17,475 nt of DNA, from contig JAIPHU010000017.1 of the NCBI GenBank assembly GCA_021735045.1, positions 1 to 17,475 on the forward strand. Reading direction: 5' to 3'. Origin of the DNA: Candidatus Omnitrophota bacterium. GTDB taxonomy: Bacteria > Omnitrophota > Gorgyraeia > Duberdicusellales > 4484-171. Below, one piece after another: positions 1-6,647 of the stretch. Below the pieces are notes generated by a model. That model was not told where the DNA came from and ran no database searches. It worked only from the letters and a program-made list of their open reading frames with translations. Made by a program: the position numbers and the translations under genes. The number at the start of each line of letters is the position of its first letter. Positions within the stretch are counted from its first letter, which is position 1.

Positions 1-8
1 AGCTTCTT

Positions 9-46
9 TCTATTGTTCTATTTTCTATTGCTCAATTGCTCTATAC
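9..46. repeat. Degenerate 7-8 nt tandem repeat (five copies of a TCWATTG-like unit)
   Basis: Read directly: TCTATTG 9-15, TCTATTT 17-23, TCTATTG 24-30, TCAATTG 32-38, TCTATAC 40-46. It lies just beyond the hairpin that follows tRNA-Gln and is truncated by the window edge. Confidence 0.5.
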
Positions 47-68
47 TTTTCGCCTTTGGCGAAAAGTA
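44..68 (-). terminator. Perfect 11-bp hairpin abutting the 3' end of tRNA-Gln (possible terminator or processing signal)
   Basis: TACTTTTCGCC (44-54) pairs with GGCGAAAAGTA (58-68) around a 3-nt loop. It starts one base after the tRNA discriminator. No U-tract follows on either strand, so it is not a canonical intrinsic terminator. Confidence 0.3.
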
Positions 69-139
69 TTGCCCGGCCTGGGCTCGAACCAGGAATCTCA
101 GCTCCAAAAGCTGGTGTGTTACCATTACACCACCGGGCA
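69..139 (-). tRNA. tRNA-Gln (anticodon UUG)
   Basis: The reverse complement folds as a 71-nt cloverleaf: TGCCCGG TG GTGT AATGGTA ACAC A CCAGC TTTTGGA GCTGA GATT CCTGG TTCGAGC CCAGG CCGGGCA A. It has a 7-bp acceptor stem with a U1-A72 pair typical of bacterial tRNA-Gln, a GG in the D-loop and a TTCGAGC T-loop. The anticodon loop UU-UUG-GA gives UUG. CCA is not encoded (the next bases are TAC). Confidence 0.9.
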
Positions 140-145
140 AGTTTG

Positions 146-180
146 CTTATAGCTTATAGCTAATAGCTAATCGCTTATAG
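146..180. repeat. Five tandem heptamers (CTTATAG CTTATAG CTAATAG CTAATCG CTTATAG) immediately 5' of tRNA-Gln
   Basis: Read directly at 146-152, 153-159, 160-166, 167-173 and 174-180. In the tRNA sense each unit reads CTATAAG or CTATTAG, so it contains a -10-like TATAAG. Probably the tRNA promoter region or the spoVG 3' region. Confidence 0.6.
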
Positions 181-209
181 TAAATATTAATTAAAACAAG
201 ATTTATTTT

Positions 210-677
210 TTATTCTGCTTTTTCTTCACCAGAACTTTCTTCTGATTCTTGTTTTTCTGACTGGCTTTCTACTTCAGAAGATTCTTTTGTTTGCTCTGGC
301 TGCCTTTCAGACTCTGAATTCTTTTTTTGATAATAAGCATCTAAAACTTTACTTTGCAGGTAATCTCTAAACTGCTGATTGATAGGATGAGCCAAATCTT
401 GATGTATAGAGTGCCGATTTTGAAGTTGTTCCTTGGGGGGAGGAATTTGAGCACCGCAATTACTGCAATATTTACTACCCATCTCAACTTTTTTGCCACA
501 ACGTGGGCAAAACTGTTTTATTTTTCGTGCTGGCATTGCCACAAAAAGATCACTATTGCCTTGAATAACTTTAATATTTCTTACTACAAACGAATTATCA
601 AAAGTAACAGTAGCATAAGCTTTTAGCCGTCTGCCTTCATGCTCTCTGAGGGAAACTCTGACTTCTGTAATCTCCAT
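210..677 (-). CDS. spoVG: SpoVG-family protein with an inserted zinc ribbon and an acidic Ser/Glu-rich C-terminal tail
   Basis: MEITEVRVSL...LKAYATVTFDNSFVVRNIKVIQGNSDLFVAMPARK...DLAHPIN matches the SpoVG core (compare the B. subtilis MEVTDVRLRRV...[37 protein letters not shown] pattern). Strong SD GGAGG 8 nt upstream of the ATG. It lies next to ispE, as in many Firmicutes-like gene orders. Confidence 0.85.
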   Translation of the reverse strand: MEITEVRVSLREHEGRRLKAYATVTFDNSFVVRNIKVIQGNSDLFVAMPARKIKQFCPRCGKKVEMGSKYCSNCGAQIPPPKEQLQNRHSIHQDLAHPINQQFRDYLQSKVLDAYYQKKNSESERQPEQTKESSEVESQSEKQESEESSGEEKAE

Positions 678-692
678 AGTGTATACCTCCTT

Positions 693-1580
693 TTAAAATG
701 TTTGAAAGCTGCCTAAAATCCATTTATCCGGCACAGCTGTTTTAATTATTGATTGTTTCTCTGAACCTAAGGTGTAAAAAGCACTACCACTGCCACTCAT
801 TGCAGAAAATATATTTCTTTTAATTAAAGCTTCTTTTAAATTAGCTAAGCTATTACAAAGAGAAAAAGCACTTTTTTCTAAGTGATTATATATGCCTTTT
901 TTTATGAGAAAATAGTCTTTATTTTTCAAAGAATACTTCAACATATTAACATTACTGAAAAACCTTGTCAATTTTGCTTTACTATTTTTATAAACAACCT
1001 TTGTCGAAACAAAAGTCTTAGGCCAAATTATAAAATGTTTTAATCTGATTTTACTTGGTAGCGGTTCGACTATTTGGCCTCTTCCTGATAAATAAGCAAA
1101 CTTAGCATCCGCTAAAAAAAAATTCACATCACTACCTAGTTTTTGGCCCATTCTGTATAAATCATCTCTGGAGATATCAAGAGCTAGCAACTGTTTTATC
1201 CCCAAAAGAGTAAAGGCTGCATTAGAAGACCCTCCGCCTAAACCTGAACCAATCGGTATATTTTTTTCTAAACAAATATCAAAGCCAAAAGGAATATTAA
1301 GCACATCCTTTATTAACTTAGCTGCTTTGTAGCATAAATTCTTTTTTGTCTCCAATTGTTTATTGTTGCTACTAATGTTAATAGACGAACCAGGCTTGAT
1401 TTTAATCGAAATCTTGTCAAATAAAGATATTCTTTCAGCTATACTCTCAAGACGATGATAGCCTCCAGATTTACCAACTATATTTAGATATAGATTTATT
1501 TTGGCAGGGCTGAGTAGCTCTATCTTACTGTGATAAGAATTTTTTTGTTTTTTCTGCGATATTATCAGCTGTGAGTCCAT
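693..1580 (-). CDS. ispE: 4-diphosphocytidyl-2-C-methyl-D-erythritol kinase (GHMP kinase)
   Basis: N-terminal SPAKINLYLNIVGK...GYHRLESI and the GHMP ATP-binding motif NIPIGSGLGGGSSNAA. The ATG at 1580 overlaps the upstream gene by 56 nt, and there is no other plausible in-frame start before the conserved PAKINL block. Confidence 0.85.
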   Translation of the reverse strand: MDSQLIISQKKQKNSYHSKIELLSPAKINLYLNIVGKSGGYHRLESIAERISLFDKISIKIKPGSSINISSNNKQLETKKNLCYKAAKLIKDVLNIPFGFDICLEKNIPIGSGLGGGSSNAAFTLLGIKQLLALDISRDDLYRMGQKLGSDVNFFLADAKFAYLSGRGQIVEPLPSKIRLKHFIIWPKTFVSTKVVYKNSKAKLTRFFSNVNMLKYSLKNKDYFLIKKGIYNHLEKSAFSLCNSLANLKEALIKRNIFSAMSGSGSAFYTLGSEKQSIIKTAVPDKWILGSFQTF

Positions 1581-2454
1581 AGTACTCTAATAACTTATCT
1601 GGTGATCCTGACTGCCCAAACACATCATTGATGCCAATTTTTTCTATTTTTACCGGATACTTATTACTTAATAGTTCAGCCACTGTTGAATACAACCCGC
1701 CAATGGTTTGGTGCTCTTCACAGACAACTATTTTTTTATGAGCCTTAGCTAAATTTACAATAAAATCTTGATCAGCCGGCTTAATTGTGTGAATATTAGC
1801 TACAGTTGCTGACACCCCTTGTTTTTCTAAAATATTTGCAGCTTGCAAAGATTCCTTTACCATAATCCCGCAAGAAACTATAGCAACATCTTTACCTTTT
1901 CTTAAAGTATATCCTTTACCTAAAGCAAACTTTTTCCTTTTTTCCAAACTAGGAACCTTTGAACGTCCCAGACGAATATAAAAAGGCCCTGGAGTTTTAT
2001 AAGCAGCAACAATAGCTTCTTTAGCTTCAGGCGCATCAGCAGGGATGATAATTTTTATTTTAGGTATAGCTCTAAAAAGATTTATATCTTCTATAGCTTG
2101 ATGTGAAGCCCCATCTTCGCCTACAGTAATTCCACCGTGAGTTGCCACAATCTTAACATCTAAATCATTATAACAAATAGTATTTCTTACTTGATCTACC
2201 GCCCTAGCTGTTGCAAACATCGCAAAAGTAGATGCAAAAACAGTTTTTCCACAGCGAGCTAGGCCAGCTGCTGTTGCCATCATATTTTGCTCAGCTACCC
2301 CAAAATTAAAAAATCTTTCCGGAAATTCTTTGCCAAATCGAGCCGTTCGAGTTGACCCCGATAAATCTGCATCAAGAACAACCAAATCAGGATCTTTTTT
2401 ACCTAATTCAATCAAAGTCTTTCCGTAAATATCTCTTGCATAAAGTTTATCCAC
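1525..2454 (-). CDS. Transketolase, C-terminal (pyrimidine-binding) subunit
   Basis: FGVAEQNMMATAAGLA, GASHQAIEDI and LDADLSGST are typical of the split transketolase C-terminal section. The start is a GTG at 2454, preceded by GAAGGA. Confidence 0.85.
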   Translation of the reverse strand: MDKLYARDIYGKTLIELGKKDPDLVVLDADLSGSTRTARFGKEFPERFFNFGVAEQNMMATAAGLARCGKTVFASTFAMFATARAVDQVRNTICYNDLDVKIVATHGGITVGEDGASHQAIEDINLFRAIPKIKIIIPADAPEAKEAIVAAYKTPGPFYIRLGRSKVPSLEKRKKFALGKGYTLRKGKDVAIVSCGIMVKESLQAANILEKQGVSATVANIHTIKPADQDFIVNLAKAHKKIVVCEEHQTIGGLYSTVAELLSNKYPVKIEKIGINDVFGQSGSPDKLLEYYGLTADNIAEKTKKFLSQ

Positions 2455-2486
2455 TTAAAACCATCCTTCTTACCTTAAAAAATAAT

Positions 2487-3326
2487 TCACAGATCTTTTT
2501 CATCTTCTTCTATATCCTTTAGTTCATCTAAGGCGATTTCTTTTTCTTTTTCTACCGGTGCCCTCCCGTGAAAATCCACTACATGCTCCATAAAAGAAAC
2601 GCCTTTACCCTTAACAGTGCGCGCGATAATAACAGTTGGTTTCATTTTTATTGATTCAGCTTGTTTGAATGCATAGAGTAACTCTTCAATATTATGGCCA
2701 TCACACTGGACAACATGCCAACCAAAAGATTCCCACTTATTAACTAATGGTTCTAGATTCATTATTTCTTCTGTTCGTCCATCAATTTGAAAACTATTAA
2801 AATCAACAATTGCACATAAATTATCAACTCTAAAATGGGCAACTGCCATGGCTGCTTCCCAGATATTTCCTTCTTGTATCTCTCCATCACCAAGCACACA
2901 ATATACCCGGTAATCTTTTTTATCAAGACGGCCGGCCAAAGCCATACCTAAAGCTACCGACAATCCTTGTCCTAGAGAACCACTAGCTACTTCAATCCCC
3001 GGAACTCTTCTATCTGGATGGCCTTGAAGCATCCCCCCTAATTTACGCAATTTTTTAAATTCGCTAACAGGAAAATACCCCGACAACCCTAAAGCCGCAT
3101 AAACCGCAGGGCAACAATGACCTTTGGAAAGATGGAATCTATCTCTCTGGCTCCACTCGGGGTCTTTAGGATTATGTTTCATAATGTCAAAATAAAGACA
3201 AGCAATAATATCTGTCGCAGAAAGTGAACCACCGGGATGGCCTGAACCAGCTTCAGCTAACATCTCAACTATTGCTCTGCGAATAAGATTAGCCTTATTT
3301 TTTATTCTTTTTATTCTCTTGTTCAT
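2487..3326 (-). CDS. Transketolase, N-terminal (thiamine-diphosphate-binding) subunit
   Basis: GSGHPGGSLS and the TPP-binding motif GDGEIQEGNIWEA. It lies directly upstream of the C-terminal subunit, which is the classic split tkt arrangement. Confidence 0.85.
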   Translation of the reverse strand: MNKRIKRIKNKANLIRRAIVEMLAEAGSGHPGGSLSATDIIACLYFDIMKHNPKDPEWSQRDRFHLSKGHCCPAVYAALGLSGYFPVSEFKKLRKLGGMLQGHPDRRVPGIEVASGSLGQGLSVALGMALAGRLDKKDYRVYCVLGDGEIQEGNIWEAAMAVAHFRVDNLCAIVDFNSFQIDGRTEEIMNLEPLVNKWESFGWHVVQCDGHNIEELLYAFKQAESIKMKPTVIIARTVKGKGVSFMEHVVDFHGRAPVEKEKEIALDELKDIEEDEKDL

Positions 3327-4266
3327 ATTTTTCTAATTCCTTTTTTAATCCTTGGTAATCAGGAAATTTTTTTAATCCTTGCCGATAAACTTTTAACCCT
3401 TTCTCTATTTGACCTAATTTTATATATATTCTGCCTAAATGTTGGTAAATCTCAGGATCTTGCGCATAATTTAAGGCTTTTTTTACATATTCTTTAGCTT
3501 TCTGCAGTTTTCCCTTTTTAAAATATATCCAGCCCAAACTATCTAGATAAGCACCGTTGCGCGGCTCTATCTTTAGCGCTTTTCTTACCATCTGTTCAGC
3601 TTGGCTTAGCTTATCTCCCTCTTCTGCATAACTATAAGCTAAGGCGTTTAAAATCGGAGCATAAGAAGGGTTAATCGCAAGGCCTTCTTGCCACATATTT
3701 TTAGCCTTTTTATCCTTACCTGCCTGATCATAGAGATAACCTAACCAAAAAAATGCTTCTAGATTACCCGGTTTCTTTTCTAAAATATTTTCATATAAAT
3801 TTATTGCTTCTTGAGGCTTCCTTTTGTAAAGATAAAATTGAGCTAGATATGAAGAAATAGTCATATTTTTAGGCTTTTTTTGATGAGCCTTTTTTAAAAA
3901 ATCTTCATACTCCTTTTCTAATTTTTCTTCTTGGTTTTGATAGGAATAGATAAAAATTAAAGCTAAATAAGTATCTAAATTATCGGGATCTATTTCTTTA
4001 GCTTCTTTTAATACTTTTTCAGCTTCATCTACTCTTTTTTCTTGAATTAAAGCAGTAGCAATCTTAAGACGGATATAGATCGAATCTGGAACTTTACGTT
4101 TTACTTTATCTAGGTAGCTTTTAGCTAAAGCAGGCTTACCCTGTTGCATAAAGTATATACCTTTTATATAGTTAGAATATAATGGTTGTTTAGATGAATA
4201 ACCATAACAAAAAAAAGTAGATATAATAAACGATAAACTAATGAAAAATGTCAGAAAAAGTCTCAT
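3295..4266 (-). CDS. Tetratricopeptide-repeat protein with N-terminal signal or anchor sequence
   Basis: Hydrophobic N-terminus MRLFLTFFISLSFIISTFF, then repeated 34-aa TPR-like units (A..Y..AL.I.P.N..A...LG.IY...G....A). The 3' end overlaps the tkt-N start by 32 nt. Confidence 0.7.
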   Translation of the reverse strand: MRLFLTFFISLSFIISTFFCYGYSSKQPLYSNYIKGIYFMQQGKPALAKSYLDKVKRKVPDSIYIRLKIATALIQEKRVDEAEKVLKEAKEIDPDNLDTYLALIFIYSYQNQEEKLEKEYEDFLKKAHQKKPKNMTISSYLAQFYLYKRKPQEAINLYENILEKKPGNLEAFFWLGYLYDQAGKDKKAKNMWQEGLAINPSYAPILNALAYSYAEEGDKLSQAEQMVRKALKIEPRNGAYLDSLGWIYFKKGKLQKAKEYVKKALNYAQDPEIYQHLGRIYIKLGQIEKGLKVYRQGLKKFPDYQGLKKELEKYEQENKKNKK

Positions 4267-4275
4267 CTATCTAAA

Positions 4276-4368
4276 TTATTTTTTAGTTTTATGTCTTTGT
4301 TTTTTTCTTCTTTTTTTATACCAATGTCTCTTTACCTTTTTCTTTTTTTTCTTTCTGCCACAAGGCAT
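4276..4368 (-). CDS. 30-aa hyper-basic peptide, bS22-type (AURKAIP1/COX24-like) small ribosomal protein candidate
   Basis: Not in the ORF track. Hand translation gives MPCGRKKKKKKVKRHWYKKRRKKQRHKTKK, then TAA. The SD is GGTGAGGTGA, ending 4 nt before the ATG at 4368. The ORF fills the 125-nt gap between the hisG stop (4392) and the TPR start (4266). The pattern MPxG(K/R)K.K..K...H..KKRR...RHK.K recalls the bS22-like peptides of Bacteroidetes and Actinobacteria; I am quoting that family pattern from memory. Confidence 0.55.
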   Translation of the reverse strand: MPCGRKKKKKKVKRHWYKKRRKKQRHKTKK

Positions 4369-4391
4369 ATTTTCACCTCACCTATTATTTT

Positions 4392-5267
4392 TTAATAAAG
4401 TACTTTATTTAATGGATATTCTATTATCCCTTGAGCACCATTTTCCTTAAGCAAAGGAATAATTTTTCTTACATCTTTTTCTTCTAAAATAACCTCACAA
4501 GCTACCCAATTTTTTAAAGTTAAAGAAGAAATAGTTGGTTTTTTTAAAGCAGGTAATAGAGAAATTATTTTATTAAGATCTTTTTCTTTAATGTTTAGTT
4601 TCAGGCCAACCTTGCCTCTAGCATTAAGTGCACTGCGCAAAAGCAACAAAATATCATCTATTTTTTTCTTTTTCTGTTTATTTTTATAAGATTCCTTATT
4701 AGCAATAAACTTAGTTACCGATTCACAAATTGTTCCTATTTCTTTTAATCCATTTGCTCGTAAAGATTGGCCAGTTTCAGTTAACTCAACTATTGCATCA
4801 ACTAAACCACTTTTAACTTTAACTTCTGTTGCCCCCCAACTAAACTCAACATCCAGATCAATCTTATTTTTTCTAAAAAACTTTTTTGTATATTTAACTA
4901 ATTCCGTAGCAATCCTTTTGCCTTTTAACTGATTTATTTTATTTATTTTAGAATCCTCTCTGACCGCAATCACCCATCTTACCGAATTCAGAGTTTTTTT
5001 TGCATACATTAATTCAGATAAGCGTAATACCTTAGAATTATTTTCTAAAATCCAATCTTCTCCGGTTATCCCGCAATCAAGAACTCCCTCCTCTACATAA
5101 CGAGACATATCCTGGGCCCTTACTAAAACCGGTTTAAGCTCCGGATCATCAGCTGAAGGAAAATAAGAACGGCTGCTAGTATAAATATTAAAGCCGGCCT
5201 TAGAAAAAATTTCTATAGTTTTTTCCTGTAAACTCCCTTTAGGTATTCCGATTTTAATTTTTGTCAT
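4392..5267 (-). CDS. hisG: ATP phosphoribosyltransferase, long form with C-terminal regulatory domain
   Basis: KIGIPKGSLQEKTIEIFSKAGF, LVRAQDMSRYVEEGVLDCGITGEDWILEN and the 291-aa length fit long-form HisG. SD AAGGAG upstream of the ATG. No other his genes are in the window. Confidence 0.8.
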   Translation of the reverse strand: MTKIKIGIPKGSLQEKTIEIFSKAGFNIYTSSRSYFPSADDPELKPVLVRAQDMSRYVEEGVLDCGITGEDWILENNSKVLRLSELMYAKKTLNSVRWVIAVREDSKINKINQLKGKRIATELVKYTKKFFRKNKIDLDVEFSWGATEVKVKSGLVDAIVELTETGQSLRANGLKEIGTICESVTKFIANKESYKNKQKKKKIDDILLLLRSALNARGKVGLKLNIKEKDLNKIISLLPALKKPTISSLTLKNWVACEVILEEKDVRKIIPLLKENGAQGIIEYPLNKVLY

Positions 5268-5294
5268 TTTATCTCCTTTTTCTATTATAGGGAA

Positions 5295-5478
5295 AGTCCA
5301 AAATTATACAACGATTAGTTTTAGTTGTAAAGGTAAATATTACCATTTTGTAAACGCTTCCACTCCAACCGCTGATCTAGTTGCAACAGATCCATTATAA
5401 ATGTTACCTTTTAGTTAGGATTCCTTATGGGATCAAAGCCACGGGCCCTCTTCTGTTAATACAGGGGAGGGTTTTTTT
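5295..5478 (+). ncRNA. Candidate small RNA of about 185 nt (unclassified), defined only by a promoter-like element and an orientation-specific terminator
   Basis: TTGTCA (5261-5266), a 16-nt spacer and TATTAT (5283-5288) on the plus strand, then the terminator at 5446-5478. There is no plus-strand ORF longer than about 10 codons. The region contains small hairpins (5307-5329, 5332-5344, 5374-5392) and a C-rich single-stranded stretch, CUUCCACUCCAACC (5358-5371). I recognised no Rfam-type motif. Confidence 0.25.
5446..5478 (+). terminator. Rho-independent terminator, plus-strand specific
   Basis: CCCTCTTCTG (5446-5455) pairs with CAGGGGAGGG (5462-5471) as a 10-bp stem that includes two G-U pairs, which form only in the plus-sense RNA. 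The loop is 6 nt and T7 follows (5472-5478). In the minus sense the same positions become C-A mismatches and no U-tract follows. Confidence 0.6.
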
Positions 5479-5485
5479 ATATTCT

Positions 5486-6451
5486 CTAACCTACTAAAAG
5501 TAGATTCTCTAATAAATTAAACAGATAACCGGTAATTATTATCCCTAAAGTTGTAACTCCGAAAAATATCGCAATTAGTTTTAGTTTCATCCCTTGTCGC
5601 AAAATTACCGCCTCGGGAAAACTTAAGGCAGAAGTTGCCATCATAAAAGCTAGGGCAGTACCTAAAGGAATACCTTTTTTAAATAAAACAACAGCAATCG
5701 GCACAATCGCGGCACAATTACCATACATCGGAACCCCAAGCAGCGCTGCTAGGGGGACTCCAAAAAAACCAGTTTTTTCAATTACTGATTGAATCAATTC
5801 CTTGGGCACATAATTATGAATTAGGGCACCGATTCCAACCCCTACTATAACCCAAATCCATAACTTCTTTATTGTGCTTTTTGCTTCGATGAAACCAAAT
5901 TTGATTCTTTGGCCCATATTCTCATATTTTTTCCCGGAAATTTTTTCTGCCTCAACGGGAAGATGCCTGGGATCAATATATTTTTCCAAATTCATCCTGC
6001 CTAAAAAATAACCGGAAAACATTCCAATAAACATACCACTAACCACATATAGTAAAGTAATTTTGGCACCAAAAAAGGCAAACATTAAAACAACTAAATA
6101 TTCATTAATTAAAGGTGAAGTTACTAAAAAAGAAAGTGTAATCCCAAGTGGCACTCCTCCTTTTAAAAAACCTAAAAAGATAGGGATAGATGAACAAGAA
6201 CAAAAGGGAGTAGTTGCCCCAAAAAGTGAAGCAAAAAAATGTCCTTTTAATTTTTTGCCAGCTAACCATTTTTTTATCTTTTCTTGCGAGATAAAACTAC
6301 GCAAAAAACCCACAAAAGAGATCATTACAAAAATCAGTAATAAAATCTTTACCGTATCGTAGATAAAAAAATGTAGGGCCTCAGCCGCTTTTGAAGCTGG
6401 CTCCATACCAAGCACAGAATAGATTAGCCAATCAACAATATAAGTTAGCAT
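5486..6451 (-). CDS. COG0701-type permease (ArsP / DUF318-like, two-repeat membrane permease)
   Basis: Multi-TM protein carrying the family signature ATTPFCSCSSIPIFLGF plus SPLINE and a second half-repeat (GNCAAIVPIAVVLF). The substrate cannot be assigned from sequence. Confidence 0.7.
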   Translation of the reverse strand: MLTYIVDWLIYSVLGMEPASKAAEALHFFIYDTVKILLLIFVMISFVGFLRSFISQEKIKKWLAGKKLKGHFFASLFGATTPFCSCSSIPIFLGFLKGGVPLGITLSFLVTSPLINEYLVVLMFAFFGAKITLLYVVSGMFIGMFSGYFLGRMNLEKYIDPRHLPVEAEKISGKKYENMGQRIKFGFIEAKSTIKKLWIWVIVGVGIGALIHNYVPKELIQSVIEKTGFFGVPLAALLGVPMYGNCAAIVPIAVVLFKKGIPLGTALAFMMATSALSFPEAVILRQGMKLKLIAIFFGVTTLGIIITGYLFNLLENLLLVG

Positions 6452-6579
6452 TTATCTGTTTTGTTTTTGTCGCAATTGCAACCACAATTTTTAGATTTTT
6501 CTTGTAGCTTTTTATCGATTCTTTCTTTTAACCTTCGCAAGACTTCCTTCATCCCCTTTTTAGCTTTTTTTTCTTCCAT
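6445..6579 (-). CDS. 44-aa basic, Cys-rich peptide translationally coupled to the permease
   Basis: Not in the ORF track. Hand translation gives MEEKKAKKGMKEVLRRLKERIDKKLQEKSKNCGCNCDKNKTDKC, then TAA. SD GGAGG lies 6 nt before the ATG at 6579. The last codons, AAA TGC TAA, contain the permease ATG (6451-6449), giving a 7-nt overlap. Confidence 0.5.
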   Translation of the reverse strand: MEEKKAKKGMKEVLRRLKERIDKKLQEKSKNCGCNCDKNKTDKC

Positions 6580-6647
6580 CAGATACCTCCTTTTTTAAAA
6601 CATTACAAATTCCTTTTCCCCATTCCGTTGCGGTATCGGTATTTTTA

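Noticed and set aside
146-180. CRISPR-like or microsatellite array next to the tRNA
   Set aside because: The units are 7 nt and contiguous with no spacers, and no cas genes are present. I kept it only as a simple tandem repeat or promoter-region feature.
354-626. 90-aa plus-strand ORF antisense to spoVG
   Set aside because: It lies entirely inside a minus-strand gene with clear SpoVG homology. It has no SD, and the sequence is low-complexity and hydrophobic, as expected from the reverse frame.
1525-1580. 56-nt overlap of ispE with the transketolase C-subunit gene (possible frameshift, fusion or wrong start)
   Set aside because: Both frames are intact and homologous right to their ends. No alternative canonical start (ATG/GTG/TTG) exists between 1524 and the conserved PAKINL block, so a genuine overlap is the simplest reading.
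4241-4450. 69-aa plus-strand ORF spanning the TPR start, the hisG end and the gap between them
   Set aside because: The Phe/Leu-rich product is the complement of the Lys-rich minus-strand peptide and gene ends. The minus-strand 30-aa ORF with a strong SD explains the region better.
5290-5299. GGGAAAGTCC, reminiscent of the RNase P RNA P4 motif (GGAAAGUCC), with CAACAGA further on
   Set aside because: The whole spacer is only about 218 nt, with no matching P4 3' strand (ACAGAA.CCGGCUUA-like) and none of the other conserved RNase P elements. The match is most likely chance, but cmscan should be run.
5268-5485. T-box, His-attenuator leader peptide or PRPP/ykkC-type riboswitch upstream of hisG (minus sense)
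   Set aside because: There is no run of His codons and no good T-box box (the nearest is GGAGTGGAAGCG, which lacks the ACCGCG core and has the wrong discriminator pairing). There is no ykkC-type conserved segment and no minus-sense terminator before the SD.
6063-6362. 99-aa plus-strand ORF antisense to the permease
   Set aside because: It is embedded in a gene with a family signature on the other strand. It has no SD and a Lys-rich, reverse-frame composition.
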